A stretch of 64,000 nucleotides of DNA from Octopus vulgaris (lineage: Eukaryota), in the NCBI GenBank assembly GCA_951406725.2, contig OX597838.1, positions 18,662,001-18,726,000 on the forward strand. Reading direction: 5' to 3'. The notes under the pieces are model-generated. The model saw only the letters and a list, made by a program, of their open reading frames with translations. It did not search any database and was not told where the DNA came from. Positions 27,002 to 40,122 of this stretch are shown piece after piece. Every line of letters starts with the position of its first letter. Position 1 is the stretch's first letter. A program made the position numbers and the translations under genes.

Positions 27002-27475
27002 TGCACTTTCTGTATGCATGTTCATATATATATATACGTATGCCTGAGTGTGTCTCTCTACACATTATGCGTATATGACTCGTGTGATCATTAATCTATC
27101 TTTTATATTTGTCAATATATCAATTTGCTAATCTATCAGAGTATCTGCCGATATAAACATACACTTTATCCACACATACACACACATCACACACACACAC
27201 ACTCACACACGGATGCACACACTCACATAGGCACGCACACACTCATGCATACATAAATACAACGCCCACACATGCATGCAAGCATGTAGGTGTAAAACGA
27301 GGTGGAGAAAAAAGCACACAAGTACTCAAGGCATGGTAAAATATAGTGATTTATTGAGGTTAAAAAATTCACAAAATGTTACTCAGAGTTTCACTGAACC
27401 GATCATCGGTAACGGTTTGCGCATCTTTTCAGTTTTAATAAAACAAGCTGTGAGGGTATGTGTGTGTATAGATGC

Positions 27476-27526
<51 letters not shown>

Positions 27527-28243
27527 ATATGTTGTGTATAGATGCGTATATATATATATATATGCATATATATATATATATATATATATGCACATATATA
27601 TACACACATATCCACATGTATTAATACAAAATAATGACAATAGTAACATATACTCACACATAAATACATGTATATAATTATATCTAACTTAATATATGCA
27701 TATCTGGGTACAAGATGTCAGCAACTATGTAAACAACATGAAATACGAAAACAAACGAGTTAAATACTCAATCAACGAGAGAAAATATGGAAAACAGGAC
27801 AAGTAAACATAGAGAAACGATCCTTCATCAGTTGTCGGCTGTGTATCTACTCTTCGCTTCGAGCATTCAACAATATGAATCTTCAAAGACAGTTACTCCA
27901 ATAAATTCTAAAATGAAATTCAGGATTTATGGAGGATCAAATTTGAGAACAAAAACAGGACGGTGGATACATACAAGGAAACGGAACGAAAACAAACATG
28001 GGGGGCGTTAGACTAGAACGACAGAAAAATAGTGAACGCTGGGAGAAATATTTTCTTTGAAAAGAGAAAAGATAGAAGAGAGAAAAAGACGTCCAGTCCT
28101 TGGAACGTCTGTGCAGGAAGAGAAAGATATCACACGAGGAAAAGAAAGATGGCCGATGGTTACGTGTGAGCAAGGAGAGAGCGAAAAAGAGATAGAGAGG
28201 AAAGAGAGCGAAAAAGAGATAGAGAGGAAAGAGAGCGAGAGAC

Positions 28244-28295
<52 letters not shown>

Positions 28296-28400
28296 TACAT
28301 ACAACGAGCTTCTTTCAGTTTCCCTCTACCAAATCCATTCACAAGGCTTTGGTCAGCCCGAGGCTATAGTAGAAGACATTCGCCCAAGCTGCCACGCAAG

Positions 28401-28946
28401 GTGCCGATTTATAGCAGCTTACCTTTCGACTTATTTTAGGACATGGTTGAGTCCATAAAATAGGATTTGACTACACCTCCATTTAGAGCACAGTTTAAGC
28501 TATCTTTTCGTGAAAGAAAGTTTATGATCCTATAACCTGTATTAATTCTGTAACCCTTTAAAATGGAAGATAAGAAAGTTCCTTTTCGGCACTTGATGCT
28601 TTCGGAACCAGACAAAAATTGCTGCAGCTCGGCTGGGATGTGTAACCCCACCCTCCATATTCACCAGATATTGCTCCTTCGGATTTCCATTTATTCAGGT
28701 CTCTGCCGAATAGTCTTAATGGTAAAAATTTCAATTCCTTGGATGACGTAAAAAGATACCTTGATGAATTCTTTGCCGTGAAACCACCTCGATTCTGGGA
28801 AGTGGGTATTTTCAAGTTAAAGGAAAGATAGAGATGCATTGTGCAACAAAATGGTTCATATTTGGTTGATTAAAAATATAATGCCAAGTATTTATTGACC
28901 TTTTTCTTTCCTTTAAAAATCGACACGAACTTTCCGGACAACCCAA
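28401..28946 (+). mobile_element. Second copy of the internally deleted mariner; left TIR clipped
   Basis: Same N/C fusion point (GGCACTTGATGCTTTCGGAACCAGAC); right TIR AACTTTCCGGACAACCCAA followed by TA. Confidence 0.93.
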
Positions 28947-29486
28947 TATTATTCTGGTATTCTGTTATTATGTTGTCTGCTCTAGGTAGTGTTTCAAATT
29001 TTCCAAATTCCAAACGCTACTTACAACATGCTTTTGCTATACATCTTCTCGCGTCTTCTGAACAATTTCCTTGGAGCAACAAAACCCCAGTGACATGGTC
29101 TGGTTCCAGAAACATCCCCTCACATCATTTCTTTCACCATAAATTTTATACTTACACCATATATCTTTATACCCACTTGTTTCCTTTTTTCCTGTTTTTT
29201 TTTTTTTTTCAAATTCTTTGCCATTCTGCTTCTGTTGATATTCTCATATGTTCTGTTTGTCAAAGGTCAGAAATATTGTCATCACTTAGCATATTCAATA
29301 ATGAAAGAAAAAGCGTCAGCTATTTATCTAAGTCATTCACTTCTTTCTTGAAATAGGCAAGATACCATATGCGAGTGTGTGTGTGAGTGTGTGCGTGTGT
29401 CTGAGTGTATAAATAAGAGGGTATTTATGTACGTATACATGTGTGCGCATATATATAAATATATATATATATACATATATATATAC

Positions 29487-29539
<53 letters not shown>

Positions 29540-29729
29540 TATATGCATATATTTATATATATATATATATATATACATATATATAAATATATATGCATAT
29601 ATGTAGAGAGAGGAGGAGAAGGGAAGAGAGACAGAGAAACAAAAAGAAACAAAGAGAGACAAAGACAGAGAGACACAAAGAGAGAATCAGAAAGAGAAAG
29701 CGATGTAGACAGACAGAGAGATAGAGAGA

Positions 29730-29765
<36 letters not shown>

Positions 29766-29824
29766 CGCCACTACCAGAAATTTATAACTTATCTTTTCTT
29801 ATGACAAAAATACGAATTTATTAA

Positions 29825-29858
<34 letters not shown>

Positions 29859-29955
29859 GTGTGCATGTGTGTGAGTGGGGTGCGTAGAAAAAATAGGTGT
29901 GTTTAGTATTACCAACAGAAAATGAATATGAACACAAAACTCTACACACACACAA

Positions 29956-30017
<62 letters not shown>

Positions 30018-30574
30018 ATAAAGAGATAGAATGAGAGAGAGCGAGCGAAAGAGAGAGTGAGATTGTTTTTCTTAACTATGGAAGCTACATAAGTGACTCC
30101 AGATAACAGAATTTCGTGCCAAAACACTTGCGAAACTAAACAGGTTTCAAACCATCGAATATTTATATAGCAAATATATTGAACATCCCAGGAAGTGTTT
30201 TGTTTTTGTTTTTTTTGAAGCAGAAGACAATAAATTGTCACGAGATAATAGAAAATTTTCAAAAAATCATCTTCCTGTAAGGTGAAAGTGAAAGTGAATC
30301 GCAGCTGTCGTGTATATGCATAAATGCATGCAAATATTTACGTATGTTCCACATGTATTTAAATAAACGTTATACGCCGCAATCTAATTGTGTAGAAGCA
30401 GATGTTTGCATACATACGTAATACATGTGTGTGTGTGCGCGTGTGTGTGTGCGCGCGTGTGTGTGCATGTGTGTGTGAGTGCGTGTGTGTGTAGATAGAT
30501 AGATAGATAGATAGATAGATGGACGGGTAGATAGCTAGCTAGATAGATAAATATACATCTAGATAAGTGCAAAC

Positions 30575-30584
<10 letters not shown>

Positions 30585-30637
<53 letters not shown>

Positions 30638-30721
30638 TATACATATATATGTACACATACATATGTATATGTGTTTTGTGTAAAATCGAATATCAGAGAC
30701 AGAATCTGTATTTTAGCATTA

Positions 30722-30779
<58 letters not shown>

Positions 30780-30863
30780 TATACATATATATGTACACAT
30801 ACATATGTATATGTGTTTTGTGTAAAATCGAATATCAGAGACAGAATCTGTATTTTAGCATTA

Positions 30864-30900
<37 letters not shown>
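30585..30900. repeat. 142-bp direct tandem duplication bounded by (TA)n
   Basis: GTTTTGTGTAAAATCGAATATCAGAGACAGAATCTG at 30673 and 30815. Confidence 0.9.
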
Positions 30901-30918
<18 letters not shown>

Positions 30919-30930
30919 ATACATATATAT

Positions 30931-30980
<50 letters not shown>

Positions 30981-31089
30981 GTGTGTGTGTATGTATATAT
31001 GCATATATATATATATATAAATATAGATATAGATATATGTGTTCGTATGTACGTATACGCCAATATATATAAATATATATATGTACATG

Positions 31090-31139
<50 letters not shown>

Positions 31140-31155
31140 CATCTATATATATATG

Positions 31156-31188
<33 letters not shown>

Positions 31189-31389
31189 ATGTGTGTGTGT
31201 GTGCACGTAAATGTATGTATGCACTCACATGCAATTACACCAACTAAAGACGTGCGTGGATTCAAATAATACAAGATTCATAAAACATTTAAATATACGC
31301 GTCTATACTTAATAAGAAGTTTGTAATCGCATGCGCCCGCATGCACCCATGCAGGCACACATACAAGGGAGAATGACATCACGTATCAA

Positions 31390-31850
31390 GTGAGGAGAAG
31401 GGGGAGGAAGGGGAGGAGGAGGAGGGGAGTTGGAGGAAGAGGTAGAAGAGGAGGCAGAAGAGGGGGGAGAGGAGGAATAGGTAGAAGAGGAGGAGAGCGA
31501 CTACGACGATGGCGACAAAGAAGAAGAAGAAGAAGAAGAAGAAGAAGAAGAAGAAGAAGATAACGAAGAAGAAGAAAAAGAAGAAGAAGAAGAAAAGATA
31601 ATGATGAAGAAGAAAAAGAAAAAGAAGATAATGAAGAAGAAAAAGGAGATGAAGAAGAAAAAAAAGAAGAAGAAGATAATGAAGAAGAAGGAAAAGAAGA
31701 AGAAGAAGAAGAAGAAGAAGAAGAAGAAGAAGAAGAAGAAGAAGAAGAAGAAGAAGAAGAAGAAGAAGAAGAAGAAGAAGAAGAAGAAGAAGAAGAAGAA
31801 GAAGAAGATAGAGGTGGTGGCGGTAGTGCTGGTGATGATGATGATGATGC
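31390..31850. repeat. Polypurine (GAA)n/(GGA)n tract
   Basis: Direct inspection. Confidence 0.95.
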
Positions 31851-32376
31851 AGAAAAACTCGATATTAAATTCAGAGTTCGATCACGCCAACATGATAACC
31901 CCCTTATACACACACACACACATCCATTTATAGAAAGGTGTCATATCCATACACAAGGATATTTATAAACACACACCTACACATAATTGTATGAATACAT
32001 ACATATGTCAATGAAGGATTCTGGGTTATGAAGCGTGTGACTCTGTACTCGCACGTGTGTGTGTGTGTGCGTGTGTGTGTGTGTGTATGCGTGTATGTGT
32101 GTCTGTCTGTCTATATGTATGTATGTATGTATGAATGTATGTATGTATGTATGTATGTATGTATGTATGTATGTATGTATGTACGTATGGTTTTATCTAT
32201 GTATGAATATTTGCATGTATGTATGTATATATGTATGTTTCTATGCCTGTATGCTTATATGCATGTATGTATGTTTGTATTTAGGTTTGTATCTGTATAT
32301 TTCTGTGTTTGTACGTATATAGTAAATATGTATGTATGTGCACACGTATGTATATATGTATGCATATTTGTATGTT

Positions 32377-32425
<49 letters not shown>

Positions 32426-32428
<3 letters not shown>

Positions 32429-32790
32429 AGTGGCTGTGTGGGTAAGTAGCTTGCTTACCAACCGCATGGTTCTGTGTTCAGTCCCACTGCATGGCACCTT
32501 GGGCAAGTGTCTTCTACTATAGCCTCGGGCCGGCCAAAGCCTTGTGAGCGGATTTGGTTGACGGAAACTGAAAGAAGCCCGTCGTATATATGTATGTGTG
32601 TGTGTGTGTGTGTGTGTGTTTGTTTGTGTATCTGTGTTTGTCCCCCTAGCATAGCTTGACAACCGATGCTGGTGTGTTTATGTCCCCGTCACTAAGCAGT
32701 TCGGCAAAAGAGACCGATAGAATAAGTACTAGGCTTACAAAGAATAAGCCTCGGTGCTTCAGCAGTCAAATGGCCGAAACAAATAAAAGT
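32426..32790 (+). mobile_element. SINE family A, near full length
   Basis: Matches 19441-19864 with a 3' internal deletion. Confidence 0.9.
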
Positions 32791-32827
32791 GTATGTGTAT
32801 ATATATATATAGAGAGAGAGAGAGAGA

Positions 32828-33115
32828 TCGTTAGCTCCTACACGCATTTTTTTCTCTCCTTGTTTTTTTCTGTGTATCTTTCTGTCGAAGAGCGTAGGCT
32901 CGAAACGTAAAAGACTTTTTCTATTCCTGAGCGCTATACTAATACATTTGTTTGTTTGTACTCCACCTGCCTTCGTCTTTTGTTTATTTTCGTAAATTTT
33001 TCATTTATATATATATATATATACCCTCCTTCTTCCATTTTCCTGAGCGCCTAATAATAATAATACTGTAATTGTTTCACGTGTTGTTGTTTTTTCTGTT
33101 TTCCCGTTTGGATTA

Positions 33116-33120
<5 letters not shown>
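32828..33120 (+). mobile_element. Short Penelope pLTR-like pieces next to (TA)n, with a hammerhead-like motif at 32877-32914
   Basis: TCTTT-CTGTCGA-A-GAGC gtag GCTC-GAAA-CG-TA-AAAGA; 33025-33118 is homologous to the reverse complement of 50778-50880. Confidence 0.55.
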
Positions 33121-33192
<72 letters not shown>

Positions 33193-33546
33193 AAAAAAGA
33201 AGTTTGAAAACGCCACTATATTAGATTAATTTTAATTTTACATGTTTCGGTTCTTGAAAAAACGAACCTTATCAAAAAATTTATTATAAAAAGTATAATG
33301 GAACAGTTCATAATTGTTAAATACATTCAATAGAATCCATGTTACATACATTCAACAGAATCCACGTTCTTGAAAAGACGAACCTTATTATATTATAAAG
33401 AGTATAATAGAAAAAATCTATAGTCGTTCCTTACTGTTTTGTCGAGTGTAGTGTAGAAATTCATTATAGATTTCTTGCTGGTATCAAAAGGAACCGCATT
33501 TTTGTTGAAGCAACAGTAGTGATTCTTGGTCGTCGTCTGTTGGTCG

Positions 33547-33622
<76 letters not shown>

Positions 33623-34034
33623 CAAAATGGGACAAGAACGCAAAACATCCGGACAACTAGTTGATACAAAAAGGGACAACAAAACATCCAGATAGAGGAT
33701 ACAAAAAACAAGCCTTTTATCCTCTGTCAAGAACCGGATCATCCTCGCAATTTCGATATATATGAGTGTTTTTGTGGGTGTATGCATGCGTTTATTTTAT
33801 CAAAACGTGCCTGCCTACTCAGAATTTCTCTGCGAGTGGGCTGTTCACAGAAGGGAACAGCGCTTCCCGAAGCGAAATTCTAAGGATGTTGTCAACACTT
33901 GACGTAATAAACAATTCTATCCAGTTATACTTAGTGAATAGAATTGTCTATCATGTAATACTTGAACAACACAATATATAATTTTAATATATTTTACAGC
34001 TTAATGTCAGCGAACCTGGAAAAATATATAGCAT

Positions 34035-34375
34035 ACCGTTCTGAATTCAAATTCCACTGAGGTCGACTTTGCTTTTCGTCTTTTCGGGATCGATAAATTA
34101 AGTACCAGTTACGTACTGGGTTCGACCTAATCGACTGGCCCCACTTCCCCAAAAATTTCGGGCCTTGTGCCTAGATTAGAAAAGAATGTATTGTACAACT
34201 TTATGTCGGCGAGCCTGGCAGAATCGTTAGCACACCGGACGATATGCTTCGCAGCATTTCGTCCGTGTTTACGTTCTGAGTTCAAATTCCAGGAGGTCGA
34301 CTTTGCTTTTTATCTTTTCGGGGTCGATAAAAGAAGTGCCAATCGAGAACAATTGGCGTAGATGTAATCGACTTC
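34035..34375 (+). mobile_element. Two adjacent SINE family B copies
   Basis: 34035-34187 (alternative tail ...TTTCGGGCCTTGTGCCTAGATTAGAAAAGAAT) and 34207-34375. Confidence 0.85.
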
Positions 34376-34419
34376 CCCATCCACACTCCCACATACATAC
34401 ACACACCTCACAAAGCTGC

Positions 34420-35955
34420 AGCAAGCCGTCGAGGTATACATTAAGTCCGTAAGATTCCCTGACCTATCGCTTACTCCGATCAGTGATGCTGATTAAAGTG
34501 ATGCTGGGACTTCGTACACGTCTGCTTTGATAAGAGCACCCCGCATCCATCTCGGACCGCCAAAGACGAAACTGTAGCTCTGTTGCCACACGAATCACGT
34601 CTCCGCCACCTATGCTCTTGTTACCTCAAGTTTTAGTGTACGAGATCTAACTCTGCTAACGCAGCATTCGCGTTACGCGTTTAAGAAATGGTCGAGGATT
34701 ATTCCTACCGCCGGTGTTGGTCGCGATGCCTTGTCGAATCGCCTCTTCTAGCTTGCTCGCCAGTTCCCCTTCTCATCTATTTCTTTTCTAACAGTGGCTC
34801 TTTACTAAACGCTATCGGCTCATATTTAATTGCCCTCTGTAGGATGTCCCAGCCCCTCCTCTTGGCAGTTTCCTTCATCCACTACTGCTTCATTACCCTA
34901 GAAAGGGTATGGCCTGGTCAGCCTGTAATGACATGCATAAGATCTGGTCATCAAATCTAAGTAGAGACTTCAAACTTGAAATCTTCAAAGCCACAGTCGA
35001 ACCAATTATACTATATGGCTCAGAAACCTGGACGTTATCAAAGAAGCTTGAGAGGCGGTTGGATGGAACCTACACTCGCCTCCTTATGAGAGCTCAAAAT
35101 CTCTCGTGGAAGCGCCATCCAACCAAAATGCAAATATATGGGAAACTACCACCTGTGTCATCTCTTGTGAAAGGTAGGAGAGTCCAGTTTGCTGGACATT
35201 GTTGTAGAGCTGAAAAAAGAGGTAATTTCTACTCTTCTCCTCTGGAAGCCATCTACTCGCAATACCAGAGGGCGCACACTCTCCTACCCTGATGTAATCT
35301 CCAGGGATACAGGCATCCAGCAACAGTTAATTCCAATCATAACAATCATATATATTTCTCTCATCAGAGTTAATCTAGAGGATTTATAAAGTTTTAAGCA
35401 TCATGTGTGTATATGTCTATGTGTTAATATATATCATATATGTAGATTATATGCACGTATGTATGCACGTATGTATGTATGTATGTACGTATTATATATA
35501 TATATATGTATATGTGACACCTTGGGCAAGTGTCTTCTACTATAGCCTCGGGCCGACCAAGGCCTTGTGAGTGGATTTGGAATGCGGAAACTGAAAGAAG
35601 CCTGTCGTATGTCGTATGTATGTAATGCCATGATGGACCGTGAAGTCTGGCGTAGCATGGTAAAATTCCATTGTCCCAACCACAGTCGAGACAATGATGA
35701 TGATGACTGGGTGCTTCATTGGCTCGTTAACCCGCATTTTGGCGTGTTAGTGAAGACACATTCAACACATTCAGCTTCCAGTAGTCGAGTCGCTTGTCTA
35801 CGAGACCTCTCTAAGTCGACTGTGCAGCTCACAGCTGTTCATGTTATAGCTGTGGACACAAGCAGAGCAGAAAAGGGGGATTTAGTCCTTTTTTTGTCAG
35901 AGGACAGAACGCCTTCTGATGGTCGGTGGTTCCACACATGTAACACTTGACTTCC
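34420..35955 (-). mobile_element. Rearranged Tx1/L1-like relic interrupted by an RTE insertion
   Basis: CYMCGTTDHQKAFC zinc knuckle (35945->35904); YWKLN at ~35775; WDILQRAIKYEPIAFSK linker at ~34850-34800. Confidence 0.6.
34896..35706 (+). mobile_element. 5'-truncated RTE-type LINE 3' end with (TGA)n tail, interrupted at 35325-35620
   Basis: AWSACNDMHKIW...ILYGSETWTL...RRVQFAGHCCR...DTGIQQ, resuming NAMMDREVWRSMV, then ATGATGATGATGA. Confidence 0.9.
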
Positions 35956-35981
35956 TTCCGTGCTTTCACCCTCGGCTCTTA

Positions 35982-36052
35982 AGATGTCTTCATTCTCCTG
36001 ATAAATGGCTTCGGACTCCTTTCACAATACTTCCGCCTCTTACAGCTCTTAC

Positions 36053-36127
<75 letters not shown>

Positions 36128-36325
36128 TCTTTTGGTCTATGTCCCGCTTTCACCATCAGCTCTAACGATGTCTTCATTCTCCTGATAAATGGCTTCGGAG
36201 TCCTTTCACAATATTTCCTCCTCTCACAGCTCTTACCTTATTCTCTCTCTCTCTCTCTCCCTCTCTCTCTCTCTCTCTCCTCTGTCTGTCCGTCTCTCTC
36301 TCTCCCCTCCTTCGGTCTATGTCCC
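35982..36325. repeat. ~185-bp diverged direct duplication containing (CT)n
   Basis: GATGTCTTCATTCTCCTGATAAATGGCTTCGGA at ~35982 and ~36168. Confidence 0.85.
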
Positions 36326-36391
36326 TCACTCTCTCCCTCAATATTTCTCTCTCAATCTTTCCATCCTATCACTATCACTTTCTGTCTTTCC

Positions 36392-36445
<54 letters not shown>

Positions 36446-36780
36446 CCTTTTCATTTCTCCAATCACTTTCTCTGCCTTTCACTGGTCATTTCGGTGCCTC
36501 TTTCCTACCCTGTTTCTTCTCTCTACTCTGACCACCACCCTCTCCTCTAAACACCAACACTAATTTGTCGTCTTAAATTTCTTGATAATATAGCGGCAAA
36601 TTATATCTAGTCACGTGCTAGCTAATTGACCAATTATTCTCCTGGTTGATTATGCTCATGCGAACAACACAGGAGATAAGTGTCTGGCGTGGGGAGTCAG
36701 TATGTCTGCAACTGATGCTGTTGATTCAGTATACATCAACTGCTTACGCATATACATCCATCCATACAAATGTGTGTGTA

Positions 36781-36861
<81 letters not shown>

Positions 36862-37231
36862 ATATATATACATATATATATATACATATATATATATGTG
36901 TGTATGTATGTATACATATATATATATGTATATATATATATGGATATATATATATATATATATCCATATATATATGTATGTATGTATATATATATATATA
37001 CATTCTTGTATATATAAGTTAATGTATATGCATGTACACATATATTTATAATTTTTAGATGTGTCTGCTTAAATGTATATAGTGTCTACTATGTTCTTAT
37101 ATATATATATATCCCAATGTGTGAGTGTGTGTGTGTGTGTGTGCGCGCGCCTGTGTGTAAATTATCCACATGTATACGTGTGTGCATGAGTATATACGTA
37201 CATTTGTATATACATATATATATATATGCAT

Positions 37232-37278
<47 letters not shown>

Positions 37279-37334
37279 TACATATACATATATATATACA
37301 TGCATTTCTTTATGTATGTTCGAATATATGTATG

Positions 37335-37395
<61 letters not shown>

Positions 37396-37700
37396 ATATA
37401 TAAAACCAAGAAAGAGAGAACAAATTTCAAAGGTCAGAGTTCATATTCACTGAATATATTTCAAAGCGTCGGAACACTCCACACCATACATAGGTGCATT
37501 CAAATAAACTCGATATAATATGAAAATTCATAAATATATAAATATATAGAAATACATAATGGTACATGCGAGGTTGTATGTCCGTATTAAAATCAATAAG
37601 GATATCGAAATATGCGGATGATGAACGTATAGCGGTAATCCAAATAGATGAGAAAGTTAGTATAAAATGATTTTTAAAGGAATCTTGAGCAGGGGCAAAG

Positions 37701-37776
37701 ACTTACGGCCGTTTCGAGTTGGTATGGGCGAGTTAATTCCAATCATAACAATCATCTATATTTCTCTCATCAGAGT
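37701..37776 (-). ncRNA. Type I hammerhead ribozyme motif (Penelope-associated type)
   Basis: Minus strand: ACU-CUGAUGA-GAG...CUC-GAAA-C GGCC G-UA^-AGU; intact core, palindromic loop III, 3-bp stems I and II. Confidence 0.7.
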
Positions 37777-37913
37777 TAATCTAAAGGATTTATAAAGTTT
37801 TAAGTAACTTGTGTGTATATTTCAATGTGTTAATATATATTATATATGTAGATTATATGCACGTATGTATGCACGTATGTATGTATGTACGTATTATATA
37901 TATATATGTATAT

Positions 37914-38006
37914 GTGGCACCTTGGGCAAGTGACTTCTACTATAGCCTCGGGCCGACCAAGGCCTTGTCGATTTGGAATGCGGAAACTGAAAGAAGCCTG
38001 TCGTAC

Positions 38007-38062
<56 letters not shown>

Positions 38063-38294
38063 ATATATGTATGTGTGTGTGTTTGTGTGTGTGTGTTTGT
38101 CCTCCTAGCATTGCTTGACAACCGATGCTGGTGTGTTTACGTCCCCGTCACTTAGCGGTTCGGCAAAAGAGAGACCGATAGAATAAGTACTGGGCTTACA
38201 AAGAATAAGTCCCGGGGTCGATTTGCTCGACTAAAGGCGGTGCTCCAGCATGGCCGCAGTCAAATGACTGAAACAAGTAAAAGAGTAAAAGAGT
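37914..38294 (+). mobile_element. SINE family A, 5'-truncated
   Basis: GTGGCACCTTGGGCAAG...ACAAGTAAAAGAGTAAAAGAGT. Confidence 0.9.
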
Positions 38295-38602
38295 ATGTAT
38301 GTGTATGTATATGTGTGTCTGTGTTTGTCCCACCTACCCACCCCAACATCGCTTGACAACCGATGTTGGTGCAGTACTGATGATGCAAGATAGGGAGAAA
38401 CGGTCGCTGTGATTAATAAAGAATTTTGTGAATTCCATTTCTCTTGCTCTCCTTTATTTTACAGTCGACGGACACAGAAGAATGTCTGAAGTAAATCCAT
38501 TGGCCATTATACCCATACTCTCGATGACATCAGGTTGCCACAGACGGAGAACGTGCTTTAATTGGCATACTACCAGGTGTATACACAAGTCTATAATATA
38601 TA

Positions 38603-38821
38603 AAGGCGGCGAGCTGGCAGAAAACATTAGCACGCCGGACGAAATGCTTAGCGGTATTTCGTCTGCCGCTACGATCTGAGGTCGACTTTGCCTTTCATCC
38701 TTTCGGGGGTCGATAAATTAAGTACCAGTTACGCACTGAGATCGATGTAGTCGACTTAATCCGTTTGTCTGCCCATGTTTGTCCTCTCTGTGTTTAGCCC
38801 CTTGTGGGTAGTAAAGAAATA
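38603..38821 (+). mobile_element. SINE family B monomer with TSD
   Basis: Full head, small internal deletion, TATAATATATA on both sides. Confidence 0.9.
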
Positions 38822-39430
38822 TATAATATATACAGACAAATATACATGCATTCATATACACATATATACATACATGCAATATATACAAACATATATATAT
38901 TCATACATCTAATTGTATACATGAAAATCATATACAACATGTTTTATAAACATATATATTGTCTCGTAATGTGAATATAATCTGCGAATAAATCATAACA
39001 TCTGTAACCCTAAAGATAATATATGTAGACGTATTTTGTCTTCATCTAACATCGTCATTGTTGCTTACCTCACTTTCGACTACAGCTGTCATGAAGAATT
39101 TATATTCTTAACAAAGTGCAAATATGTCGGCTAATTCCCCAACTCTTAGTCGCAAATAGCTGTTATGGTTTATCAGTAAATTATATTTTAATATCGAGAC
39201 TAAGTATATTATTAAGCCTTGTTGTGAGTTTGTGAACGTGATAGATCTAGAGCAGACAAGGACACGTCATCGATGAGCTGACGAATGACGACGAAGGACT
39301 TTGATGACTAATTGATTCATTAATCAAAGATTTCTGAAGCTATCGATTAGGAATGATTTAATTACTTAGCGATTTATCTACCAATGCTGAGTTTCCACCA
39401 GGCGTATGTTTTTCTAACCAACGCAACAAA

Positions 39431-40000
39431 ATTCTTTTCTACTCTAGGCAAAATGCCCGAAATTTTGAGGGAGGGAGCCAGTCGATTAGATCGACCCAAG
39501 TATGCAACTGGTACTTAATTAATCGACCCCGAAAGAATGAAAGGCAAAGTCGACCTCGGCGGAATTTGAACTCGGAATGTAGCTGCAGACGAAATACCAA
39601 TTTCTTTACTACCCACAAGGGGCTAAACACAGAGGGGACAAACAAGGACAGACACACGGGTTAAGTCGATTACATCGACCCCAGTGCGTAACTGGTACTT
39701 AATTAATCGACCCCGAAAGGATGAAAGGCAAAGTCGACCTCGGCGGAATTTGGACTCAGAACGTAGCGGGAGACGAAGTACCTATTTCTTTATTACCCAC
39801 AAGGGGCTAAACACAGAGGGGACAAACAAGGACAGACACACGGGTTAAGTCGATTACATCGACCCAGTGCATAACTGGTACTTAATTTATCGACCCCGAA
39901 AGGATGAAAGGCAAAGTCGACCTCGGCGGAATTTGAACTCAGAACGTAGCGGCAGACGAAATACCGCTAAGCGTTTCGCTCGGGCATGCTAGTGGTTCTG
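39431..40000 (-). mobile_element. SINE family B trimer with mixed tails, fused head-to-head to a plus-strand copy (39995-40110)
   Basis: Junctions at ~39598 and ~39782; the terminal unit carries the alternative tail. Confidence 0.9.
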
Positions 40001-40122
40001 AGCTCAAATTCCGCCGAGGTCGACTTTACCTTTCATCCTTTCGGACAATGGGGTCTATGTAATCGACTAACATCCACCCCACGAAATTACTGGCCAAAAT
40101 TTGAAACTAGTATTAAACTCCT

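Noticed and set aside
27820-27900. CTGATGA on the minus strand in a pLTR-like repeat (family also at ~4780-4850)
   Set aside because: No downstream stem II plus GAAA could be built.
31386-31933. Poly-Lys and poly-Ser ORFs
   Set aside because: (GAA)n tract.
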